Assembly (NCBI GenBank): GCA_951406725.2 | Contig: OX597819.1 | Span: 84,816,001-84,880,000, forward strand | Length of the DNA stretch: 64,000 bases | Direction of reading: 5' to 3' | Source of the DNA: Octopus vulgaris | Lineage: Eukaryota | Shown: one piece after another, positions 27,201 to 39,500 of the stretch | How the letters are laid out: each line of letters opens with the position of its first letter | Numbering within the stretch: the first letter of the stretch is position 1 | Program-made: the position numbers and the translations under genes | The notes under the pieces: generated by a model | Told to the model about the DNA's origin: nothing | What the model saw: the letters and a program-made list of their open reading frames with translations, nothing else | Databases searched by the model: none

Positions 27201-30087
27201 GTGACTTCAAGGGCCACCTCCCAGTGATGTCAGGCGTCAACAACAACAAGATGACCAAAGTTTTTTTTTTCCTAAGGTCTGGGGTCTCCCTCCCCTAAGC
27301 CCTAGACCATCACCCTTACCCATCTTGTTGCTTAACAACAACAACAGCATGGACAACAGACATTAAATGATGATGTTTTCAATTAATCATGGCTTATCTC
27401 ATAGTTTTGAGATTTTGATTATGTGATTGCTTATTTGATTGAAAACAATATGAATAAATAAAGTATTACATTTGACGGAGTAATCTGAATGCTAAAGGGT
27501 GAGAGAGGGGTAGGAAGAAATGTGGGTTGTGATATTCATGCCTTTTCTGAAACTGTTAGACATCTGAATGAGATGAAGATGGCTTTGACTAGGAATCAAA
27601 ATTAACCATTGCTGACTTGAAGTCATTTATCACTACATGACAATCCTCACAACTTCATTAGACAACTGGGTGAAATATTTCAGTCAACTTCAGACATTGT
27701 TAATTAGTACATTTCATGTCTCCCATTAATTTAATTCAAATTATGTATTATGCTTAACTCCAGTTGTATTTATTAAACTTCAGTAACATTGTTCTTATGA
27801 TATTCTTAGAAATTTGACAAGGACCTTATATTCTTATCATTTGTTCATTTGACAACAATTTTCCCATGCTAACATGGTTTTGGATGTGGAGTTATTTTAG
27901 GCAAAATTTTACAGCCAGATGGTCTTCCTATTACCAAATCTTATCTATTTTTGAGTAAGGGATTTTTTTTATTCCAGAGGTTTTTGAAAGTGCAGAGCAA
28001 CCAGTCATAATGTCAACAGGTATTGTCAGCATCAACACTACTTCACTCAACTGGTGACATGCATGGAATATCATACACACTTCTCATATATATATATATA
28101 CATACACACACACAATAGACTTCCTGCAGTCCCATCCATCACATTTCCTCACAAGGCATTGATTGGCTGAAAGCTATAGCAAAAAAAAAAACAAAAAAAA
28201 AGCACTCATTCGGTTGGACCAGACCAGGAACCATGTGGTTGTGAACTGAACTTCATCTTACAGCCATGCTTGACTGAATATTTTTTTCAATGTCAAAAAC
28301 AAATCAAGGTGCCATTTGATTTTCCACCATTTATTAATTTATCGCAATTCAGTACCTTACAATGCAGTGATGTAATTCAAGGACTTTAAAATGCATTTTA
28401 TGAACCCTTAAGAACATTTGAAGGATGTATTCACGTAAATGTATGCTAAATGTTGATATGGCTCTTGTGAGAGAAAGGATATCAATTTGTTAATGCAGCT
28501 AACTTCGTCAATATCAGATTTTAGTAGTTGTATATTGTATAATTATGGGGTTCCTGATTCAGTTGCACCGCATAACCTTTCAGTCAGTTGTCTTCTAACT
28601 AAAACTCTGATTGTCCCATGTATTGTGAATGAAAGCATGTTGAATGGACTCTAGGAATCATTTGAAGTACAGTGTCCTACTGTACTTGACTGAAAAGGAA
28701 AAAGAATGTTTCATTGAGTACTTTTTGTTAACTGCCTAGTTATTTCAAAAGCATTAGGAAGGCCATGTGCCAAAATTTTAAAGCTCTTGAAAATGTTCCA
28801 TTATATTCTGTTTTATTTCTTTCTAGGATATATAAATAAAATATTCAGATGAATAAATAATTTAGATCATACAAAAATGAACCATTGCAATGATAGTTAC
28901 AGCTAGATTCCACATGTAGCTAAGACTACATAACATGTTGACTTCTATAAGACAAGAAAATACTTCTGCTTTGTGTATTATATCCACTTCCTGGGACTCT
29001 ACTCATCTAAATCCATTCCCACCTTGCCATCATCCCTCAGTGTCACTGGTCTGCTTCAATCACTTAAACATTACTTCTGAGGTCTCAAAAAGAAAGGTAA
29101 AAAACAAACAAGTACAGGAAAATGGAGATGCTTTGAAGGGTAGAGAGCAATTTCCTGTAGCCTTGTCTTTGTCCACTATAGAAAAGGAGTGTATCAACAC
29201 AGCATGGCCCACATATTGATAACATTCCCTCCATTTAGTTTTGTTTCAAATATAGGCATAGGAGTGGCTGTGTGGTAAGTAGCTTGCTTACCAACCACAT
29301 GGTTCCGGGTGGCACCTTGGGCAGGTGTCTTCTATTATAGCTTCGGGCCAACCAAAGCCTTGTGAGTGGATTTGGTAGATGGAAACTGAAAGAAGCCCAT
29401 TGTATATATGTATATATATATATATATATATACAAAATTTAGAGGACTGACCACTAAAAAAAATGGACAGCCTTTTTTAGTGGTCAGTCCTCTAAATTTT
29501 GTATGTAAAAATTTTTAACCTTCGGATTTTTTAAAATATGCTAGGCCACTGGTTTTAATTGATTAATATCAATTTCTACCCTTATTAAATTATATATATA
29601 TATATGATAACCGATGCTGGTGTGTTTACGTCCCCGTAACTTAGCGGTTCAGCAAAAGAGACCGATAGAATAAGTACTAGGCTTACAAAGAATAAGTCCT
29701 GGGGTCGAGTAAAGGCGGTGCTCCAGCATGGCCACAGTCAAATGACTGAAACAAGTGAAAGAGTATACCTTTCTAATCCTTATTTTGTACTTCTGAGACC
29801 TTCTCATTTCTCTATTACCTTATCATTCTGCAGCGCCCCTGTACTTGTATCCGTCATTATTTCTCAGTGATCTAATAACAAATGGTATCTTTATACCATC
29901 AGATTAATTTCTCTATCTCTCTTCTTAGTTAAAACTGCACCATTAAATACTCCAAACTGCATGTAATGTAAGTGAAACAAAATATTTCTGATTATACTGA
30001 AAGTAGCTTGTGACCTTGCTAAAAGCTACTGCTGGCAGAAAAGAGTATTTGATACAATTGAAAACTTGGATATATAAAAGACGGATC

Positions 30088-30357
30088 TTAGTAAACAAAA
30101 TTATCTTTTGATTTGGTACAATGCCAATGTAATTCTATTGACTTTAGAAGGATGAAAGTAATATTTGGTGGTTGTAATCTATTGCTAACATTAATACCAT
30201 TATATGGTCCTTGAGGCCCTTCAGCAGAATCTACTTTGTTATAGTAATTCATAACAGGTCTCTGGTTGATAACCCATGAATCATAGTTTCTTTCCTCTAG
30301 TCTTGGAGGTATTAAAAAATCCCAGAAGTCATAGATGTTGCTCTTTTTCCATTTAGT
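30088..30357 (-). CDS. Alternative candidate terminal exon of gene B (TKWKKSNIYDFWDFLIPP…DNFVY*, 89 aa)
   Basis: gcttcag|act phase 0, 270-nt open unique sequence; no domain recognised. Confidence 0.35.
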   Translation of the reverse strand, partial: TKWKKSNIYDFWDFLIPPRLEERNYDSWVINQRPVMNYYNKVDSAEGPQGPYNGINVSNRLQPPNITFILLKSIELHWHCTKSKDNFVY

Positions 30358-30364
30358 CTGAAGC

Positions 30365-31350
30365 AATAATAATAACGGTCTCTAATTTAGTCACAACCCA
30401 GTAATTTTAAGGAGAGGTGGTTGGTTTATACCACTGACACACCACCCCTAGGATGTGACTAGTACTTTATTTCATCTGAAAGGACAAAATGCAAAATCAA
30501 CCCCAATGGGATTTGAAAGCAGAATATAAAGAGTTGGAAGAAATTCTGCAAAGCATTTTTTCCTGATGCACTAACGATCATGCTAGCACCTTACCCTAAA
30601 TAATAATTCTGATTTTGGAACAGGGTTAGCAATTTTAGGGAGAGGGGTTAGTTGATCACATTGGCCCCAATACTCAACTAGCACTTACTTTATTGACCTT
30701 GAAAGGATGAGAAAATGCTGCTAAGTATTTTGTTCAACTTGCTGCCTTAATAATAGTTCCAAATTTTGGCACAAGGTCAGCAATTTTACAGGTTGGGAGT
30801 TAGTTAATTACAATCAATCCTGATACACAACTGGTACTTATTTCATCAACCCTGAAATGATGAAAGGCAAAGTCACCCTTGGCAAGATTTGAACTCAGAA
30901 TGTAAAGAACTGGAAGAAATGCTACTAAGCATTTCATCTGATGCGCTAACGATTCTGCCAGCTTACTGCCTTAATAATAATAATAATAATCCTTTCTCCT
31001 AAAAGTACAAGGCTTGAAAATTAGTGGGATGGGACTAGTCAGTTACATTGACCCCTGTGTTTCACTGGTACTTAATTTATCAACCCTGAAAGGATGAAAG
31101 GCAAAGTTGACCTTGCTGGAATTTTAACTGAGAATGTAGCAGCGGGCAAAATACTGCTGAGCATGTTGTCCAGCATTGCTACCAGCTCACTACTTTAATA
31201 ATAATGATAATAATCCTTTCTACTAAAGGCACAAGGCTTGAAATTTGTGGGGAGGGGGCTCGTCAATTACATTGACCCCAGTGTTTCACTGGTACTTAAT
31301 TTATCAACTCTGAAAGAGTGAAAGGCAAAGTCGACATCAGATTTGAACTA
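30365..31350 (-). repeat. Head-to-tail array of ~5 second-family SINE copies
   Basis: Repeated gcacaagg…ggtactta…gaaaggcaaagt…tttgaactcagaa units separated by (aat)n. Confidence 0.75.
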
Positions 31351-32732
31351 GATATAATGTAGCATTCAGTATACAATCTTCCTGTTATTATCAACTCTAG
31401 TTATTTTTTCTAACAATGAAAAAGAAAAATCTGTTTATTGTAGAAATTAACACACTGGATTACCACAGGGACTAGCTGAATGAAATGAGCTTGAGTTTGT
31501 TAAACCTAACTCTTCAGCAGTTATCACTGAAATGAAAATAGGGGTAAAATAGCAGATTTCTTAAATTTTCAAGTAAATGAAGAAAGCAATCAAATAAAGA
31601 AGTTGATAAAATGGATTTGATAAAGAAAATTTTTACATTTCCCTTGAAATGCAGTTGAAGGAATTTTATTTTTCAAGTAAATGAATAAACTTTAAAAACT
31701 TAAATAAAAAGCACAAAATCTCTTGTATAAGATTTGAATATTCCAATATTTTTGTTTTAGAAAAATATGGAATGGACTGCATTACCATCCTGGTACTTAA
31801 TTTGTGTAGTCAAGGATCATCTATTGTTTTTTTTTTTCCCCTTGAAATAAAGGAAAATTCTCATTTTGTTTTCCTTGCAAACTATGTAAATTTGAGCAAT
31901 AGTCTAAATTTATGTTACTAAGCCTAAACAAAATGCATTGTTCATCATTAACCCCTGGACTTTAACGTCTCAAGTCCTAAGACTCATAGGGTTGGTTACC
32001 TGATTTCCTTGGCATGTAAGTAACTGAGGTCACAACATTCCCTGAGAATGAGACACCAGTCTGTCACAGTAAACAAAATTAAGAAAGCTAATTGATTTAT
32101 CAGAATAATTATTATATAAATATAATAAGAGCAAAACAATACAATTTTCAAGAAAAAAATGGTTTTGGTTGTGATCAAAACTGCTGTATTACATATAAGC
32201 TGCACTGAAGCTATAATTTCAATTTTCATTTTTTATTTACTTATTTATGAGTGATGTAAAGAACTTATAATTTTAACAACCAGTTCACAACACATCCTGG
32301 GTATTTCTTGATTGGTTTTGTTTTATATATATATATACTTGGTTAATATGAGTATGGCAGCTCTAGTCATACATTTATTGGTTAGTAAAATAAAAAAATA
32401 AAAATAGAATTCTTCCTGCAAATTCAAATGTTATTTAATTTTGTGTAGAAATATATTTGATAAGTCAATCACATGCTTCCTTGAGAGACAAATACATCAA
32501 CACTATTGCTTTGGCTTTTGATAAGTTATCAATTTTCAGTAGGTTTTGTGAATTATCTTTGCACCAAAATAATAACTTTATCTCTTTAACATTCAAACTG
32601 GCCATATCTGGCACAAGTATTCATACCTTCCTACAATGTCTTTCTAAAAATAAACGATCACATCATTGTAATCTTGAAGCTTTGAGATAATTCTTGGTTA
32701 TTTTGAAGCAATGTGAATAAATAAGCATTATA

Positions 32733-32949
32733 TGAGGGAGTGCGGAAAAGTCCCTGGCTTTGGGTAAAAGAAAATACAGGAGGATCAGTTAATTTTGATT
32801 TTATTCAACATAATCTCCTCTCAGATTCACACACTTACTGCAGTGGTTCTTCAGTTTTTCTAAGCCCTGTAAAAGAATTCAGAAGTTTGGCCTCCAATCA
32901 GGCCTTTTGCAATAACCCTTAAAGCCAGGAACTTTGCAGTGCCCCCTCA
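32733..32949. mobile_element. Tc1/mariner-type MITE nested in a TTAA MITE
   Basis: TA flanks; ~30-bp TIRs tgagggagtgcggaaaagtccctggcttt/aaagccaggaactttgcagtgccccctca. Confidence 0.75.
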
Positions 32950-33401
32950 TACTTGACAGACCAACCTTCATGCAAAAGAGTTAAAATTTATTATGTATGA
33001 TATAAATATATATATATATAAAAAACAAAACAGAAAAGAAGTGCTGTAATCTCTTCTCAATGCATTACTGGCATTTACTTTGTTGATCTCAGTGTGATGA
33101 AAAGCTAAGTCATTCACAACAGAAGTTTGAATACAATGCAGTCATACTTCATCAAACATAGTAAAAACATTTTCAAGGGGAGATATCCTTTTGCTTTTTG
33201 TCATTGCTATTTGCACAATGGATTTACTGATCACAGTTAAAATAACATTATTAAATCAACATAATTGTCATCTGAACTACAATGATGGACTTGGTGCCTT
33301 ATATGGAAGCTTTTCCCTGCTTCTTAGCACTGACTGATCCAGGCTCAACTGCTGTTTGCATGGAACCCTTCCATATTTCGGTCTTCGAAGGTTTCAGTAA
33401 A

Positions 33402-33449
<48 letters not shown>

Positions 33450-33483
33450 TATTTAAGCAAATATAGAGTCAGCTCATCTGGGA

Positions 33484-33516
33484 TCAATCTTTCATTTTCA
33501 CTAGTGTGATATAACC
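33484..33516 (-). CDS. Gene B candidate terminal coding exon (GYITLVKMKD*)
   Basis: Strong poly-T-cag acceptor; phase 0; supplies a final beta-strand-like peptide. Confidence 0.5.
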   Translation of the reverse strand, partial: GYITLVKMKD

Positions 33517-36500
33517 CTGAAAAAAAAAAAATCAATTTATGGTGAATAGCTATTTAGCCCCTTATTTTAAGGAAGGAAGAAATAGAATATATGGTTTTCA
33601 TGCCTTTTACAAAAGCTTGGATGTGGACTTTATACATAATATATTGAAAAAAAGCATTGGTGTATTTTAACCTTTTCGTTACTATATTTCTGACCAAATT
33701 ACACCCCTTATGTGTTTCAATTAATTTCTAACGTAATCATAAATTTAGTCTGGTTTCATTAAACAACTATAACTTTTTTATTTATCGATATATTAATCTG
33801 ATTTTTGGAAGATAATTTAATGAAATGTTCTCAACCAATTCTATACTATAATTTTTGTCACAAAGTGACTCTAATTGCAGGTAGATACAGGTAAATTCAA
33901 CAAAATATAAAATTAAAATTTTGTTCAAACATCGCTATAGAAAATGGGTTATTAGCTAATATTCAGTTGGGTATACAACAAAATTTTACGATAGAATTTG
34001 TTATTCTGGGTAACTTTCTGAACCCATAATATTTATGGCAAAATAGTCTTAATTTCATTTAAGGTTATGGGAAACCACTTTCTTTCATTTTGTTTACATT
34101 TAGCGTAACGGTTCGTTTTCGCCGTAATGATTTCAAATAGGCTCATTCGAAAAAGTAAAAAGAAATAGTCTAAGGCTTTACTCTCCTGGGAAAGTCTGTG
34201 GCTTGGTCCAGTTTCTTCAGAAAAATCACTGAAAGAAACAGTTTTTAAATTTTCACTCCATTCAGGTGCCAATTCGTTTTCTTTATCGCTGTCGGAGATC
34301 TTGGATTCACTGTTTTCACTTTCGGAAAATGAAACATCAGATTCATTATCAAATACCATGTGCTTTTTTTTTTTCAGTCATAGAGTTAGATTTATGAAGG
34401 TCTTCAGTAGAAAATCCTTCGAATTCTGACTCGCTGCTTGATATAATGAAATTCGTATCCATTTTTTGTCAGAATTACAAATTTTGAAAACACAATAGGA
34501 ACAAATTTCGGAAAAAAATCTCCCAAAATTCACGGAATTAAAATTACACTTCGATTATTGTACAAAACTGTAGTTGAACTGTTTACGAAGTATAATACGT
34601 GTTTTCACGAATGTACTAAAGAGATTTGCTCTGATATTCTCATTTAAATATGAATAGGTAAATTCGGGCGGCTCTGGGCGGTTTGGTCACATTAACAAAA
34701 ATTTTTTTCGGGCGGCTTTGGGCGGTTTGGTAACAAAAGGGTTAATAAGAATCTTTCTATGGTGCAGCAGAGCTGAAAACCCAACAGTACAGCCTGTTAA
34801 CTAGCTAAACCATTAACCTTTTATTTGTTTCAGTCATTGTACAGTGGTTTAGTCAAACAAATTGACTTCAGTACTTATAGTAAATCTTGTACTTATTCTA
34901 TCAGTCTCTTTTTGCCAAACTGCTAAGTTATGGGGACATGCACAAACCAACACCAATTATCAAGCAGTAATGGGGGACAAATATACACGATAGTTTTCCA
35001 CACAGTTTTCATCAACCAAATTCATTTACAAAGCATTGGTTGTCCCAGAGCTATAGTAGAAGAAATGTGACCAAGATTCCGCACTATGGGACTGAACCTG
35101 AAACCATACTGTTGCAAACTGAGCTTCTTAACTACACAACCATGCCTGCACCTATGCTGAGGTTTTCCAAATCTCAGATGGACTTTTATTTACATGCTGA
35201 TATAAAATTACATTTAAGACCATGCTCAACTCAATATTTGAGTGTTGTACACTTATTTTTAACAAACTTGTTGTAGCCTTTAAAAAAAAAAGGGCAAAGT
35301 AGCTAGTTGTATATATATGTACAGAGTGCAGGGATGCACCGATAACCAGCTGGTGGAAGATCTGTCTGGGGTTAAACTAGAAGTAACATGGAACTGTTAC
35401 TTTGATGTGGCGATTAATTTTACTTGAAAAAAAAAAAAAAATTATTAACGATTCTCAAATATTTGCATTGTTGTGTAATTAGCTGAGTAGTGGTATGATT
35501 GATCTTATAAATGTTTCTGTGTATATTTGTTTAACCCTGTAGCACTTAAACCAGCCATATCTTCAGCCCAAATATTCTGTTTTATTTCAAACTGAACAAA
35601 TGCAGCCTCTCACACCCACCCTACAATGCCATCCTAAAAAACAAATGTTAAAGCTATGAGATAATGCATGGTTAATTCAAAACTGAATAAATAAGCATTA
35701 CATTTTATAGAATAATCTGAATGCTAGGGAGTTAAAACCAGGCGAACCCTGACTGAATAAACTTATGATCAAAAGCCTTCTAGCCATGACAATCCTGTGC
35801 ATTTTGTGTTTCCTTGGATTGACACTGTGTAATAGTTGTAAAATGATTGTCATTCATTTCCATTATTCTTTGAGAACATGTCTATCCATAAGGAAATGTT
35901 ACCCTGCTTGGAAATGGGTGAGTGTTGGCAACAGGAAGGACAACTAGCTGTAGAGAATCTGCCTTAATAAACTGTCTGATTCATGCAAACATGAAAAAGT
36001 GGACATTAAAATGACGTTGATGATAATTTCTTTATTTCAAATTACCTGCTATCGTTAAAATGAAAACCATTTGTAATTCTTAAATAAAAAAAATATGCAT
36101 GCTCTTCATATGACTAAACTACAACTAGAACTCTGATAGAAAGCTAATTTTACTATAGACATATAGCTGCATATCTAGGGTGCTGAACCTGTGTATTACT
36201 CCTGAAGATACTCTAAACCAGCAGTTCTCAACCTGGGTCCATATGGCCCCTGAGGATCCATATAAGATTTTGGGGGTCCAAATAACAAAACAGTAAATTG
36301 AGGATCCACAATAGTATTTTAAGGGCCCCTGAAAAAAATTTTGCTTTTGATGTATGTATTGGTATATATTGCAAGAAACAGTTAGGTTTCTTTCTCTAAC
36401 ATTTTATATAGATCAACCTACACAAGTTAATGTGTGAAAAACAAAATAGGAATTTTAAAAATTTCTATAAAACTAGTTTTTAAAAATTGAATAGCTATGT

Positions 36501-39500
36501 GGGTCCACCAGAATAAAATAGTAATCAAAGGGTTCCATAGATAAAAAATGGTTGGGAACCCCTACTCTAAACCATTCAATAACTACTGTCAGTCTAACAC
36601 ATGAACATCTCTATTTATCATTACAACCACATGATGTCAAAACTAAGAAACACAAACATAAGATAAATGTATATATATATACATACACACACACACCAGT
36701 ACTCCAGAAGACCTGTTCTTCACAGCAGAAATATTAAAGCCACATTCTCTGGTGAAGAGGATAGGCCTTCAAGAGTCCTGTGCCAGTACCATGTAGAAAA
36801 CACCTGTGCTGGTGCCATGTAGAAGTGCTGATGCTGGTGCCACACTAAAAGCACCCAGCACATACTGTAAAGTGGTTGGCGTTAGGAAAAGCATCCAGTT
36901 ATAGAAATGAAGCCAAACCAGACTGGAACCTGGTGCAGCTTTCTGGCTTGCCAGCTCTGGTCAAACTGTCCAACCTATGCCAGCATGGAAAATGGATATT
37001 AAAGAGTGAGGCTGTGTGGTAAGTAGCTTGCTTACCAACCACATGGTTCCGGGTTCACTCTTACTGTGTGGCACTTTGGGCGAGTGTCTTCTGCTATAGC
37101 CTTGGGCCAACTAAAGCCTTGTGAGTAAATAAGCCCGTCATATATATGTATATATAGATGTATGTGTGTGTGTATGTCTGTGTTTGTCCCCCCCCCCCCA
37201 ACATCACTTGACAACCGATGCTGGTGTGTTTACGTCTCTGTAACTTAGCAGTTCGGCAAAAGAGACCGATAGAATAAGTACTAGGATTACAAAGAATAAG
37301 TCCTGGAGTCGATTCGTTTGACTAAAGGCGGTGCTCCAGCATGGCCACAGTCAAATGACTGAAACAAGTAAAAGAGTAAAAGAGAGTATACACACATGAT
37401 GAGCTTATTTCTGTTCACCAAATGCACTCTCTGAAAACACTTGCCTTTGGTGCCACACAGCCATGCCTGAACAAATATTTATGTTCCTTAGCTGGATTCA
37501 CTTAGAGATAATTCAATATTTACTAAGAAGGTAGATAACATTCATTTCAGTTCTCTAATGAATAACTATAAAATAAACAACCTTTTAAAGATCTTGAGTA
37601 AAAGTATGATAGTAAAATTGAATCTTGTTCTATATAATAAGCTCTTTACATTCTGGAGAAATAAAAATTGAACTTAGAATTTGTTAATGTAAAAAACTGT
37701 AGAACATTTATCCAGCATTTAATTTAAAAAAAATTAATTTTCCTAATATTTCATTTCAAAATTGGAAAAATATTTTGGAGCTTATGTATCATATTTTTTT
37801 ATCAACCCTGAGAACAAAAGTGGCATTAACTCCATTTCACTTGATGTAATGATGCCTATTTTCTTTAATATATACTAAAGCATAAGCAAATCATTTCTCA
37901 TGCTTTATTATGCTACAGTAGCTGTGATACCTGTGCCGGTGGCACATAAAAAGAACCATCCGAACGTGGCCGTTGCCAGCGCCGCCTCGACTGGCTTCTG
38001 TGCCGGTGGCACATAAAAAGCACCATCCGAACATGGCCGATGCCAGCGCCGCCTTGGCTGGCTTCCGTACTGGTGGCACGTTAAAAGCACCAACCGATCA
38101 TGGCCGATGCCGGACTCCCCTGGCACCTGTGCAGGTGGCACGTAAAAAGCACCCACTACACTCGCGGAGTGGTTGGCGTTAGGAAGGGCATCCAGCTGTA
38201 GAAACTCTGCCAGATCAGACTGGAGCCTGGTGCAGCCCCTGGCTTCCCAGACCCCGGTCGAACCGTCCAACCCGTGCTAGCGCGGAAAATGGACGTTAAA
38301 TGATGATGATGATGATGATGATGAAAAGTCATATGGTCAAATACTCACTGAACTTGCTGTTTCTAGTTTAAGAATAACCAATGATATTTTTTCTTGTAAA
38401 ACATTTCCAGGAAGTTCTTTGAAACTTTCTGAAACAAGACAAAACAGAATCTAAATATTTCTTATGATATAATGGACAGCCTTGAAACAAAACTTTTCAT
38501 GGGATGAATTGAAAATAAAAACAGTCTTTCTCATAATTATTCTTTTTATTATAATAAACTTACTTGGTATTTTGAAGGCTCTAGCCATTGGAGAAAGCCT
38601 CCAAATAATGTCAGATGATAATCTGATAAACTGAAAATTAATTTCAGCAATGTTACCAACATCAACGAAAAAAACTTCTGCACATTCACTAGAAATGATT
38701 TTCAAAATATAGCCTCTGGAATGTAAAAGAAAAAAAATTAATCAAAAGTTCAAAAATTTATCAAAAATGTAAAAATAGTTTCACCATTCCATAGCAAAAC
38801 CATTGTACTAGACTTTGACAATCTTCATATCTTGGCATTTAGAGATATGATAGTTTGACCAAAAGAACCGATTATTGCAAGCAAAATTAAATATCAACAA
38901 AAATGTATTTGGCTAAATTAGATATAATAGCAACGGGTGGCACGTAAAAAGCACCATCCGAACGTGGCCGTAGCCAGCGCTGCCTGACTGGCCTCCGTGC
39001 CTGTGGCACGTAAAAAGCACCATCCGATCGTGGCCGTTTGCCAGCCTCATCTGGCAACTGTGCCGGTGGCACATAAAAAGCACCTACTACACTCACGGAG
39101 TGGTTGGCATTAGGAAGGGCATCCAGCTGTAGAAACACTGCCAGATCAGACTGGGCCTGGTGCAGCCTTCTGGCTTCCCAGACCCCAGTTGAACCGTCCA
39201 ACCCATGCTAGCATGGAAGGCGGACATTAAACGATGATGATGATGATATATATAGATATAGATATATATATATACACACACACATGCATACATAAGGGAA
39301 GCATAAGAGAGAGAGAGGGGGAGTGAGAGAACAAAGTAATGACAGTGACAGAATATTGACACTACATCTTTTGTTTGACTTAGTGAAATTAAGCATTCTC
39401 CTTTCATGAGAAACTGTTCATTAATAAATGTATTTTAATATGGCTGTAAGAAAATAATCATTCAACTACTTTCTGAAATGACTGAATAGAGGAAACTTAA

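Noticed and set aside
28935-29219. 94-aa plus-strand ORF in the intergenic gap
   Set aside because: No motif, no convincing splice context
36046-36078. 33-nt minus-strand mini-exon candidate in gene B
   Set aside because: In the required phase 0 it reads NYKWFSF*; no support
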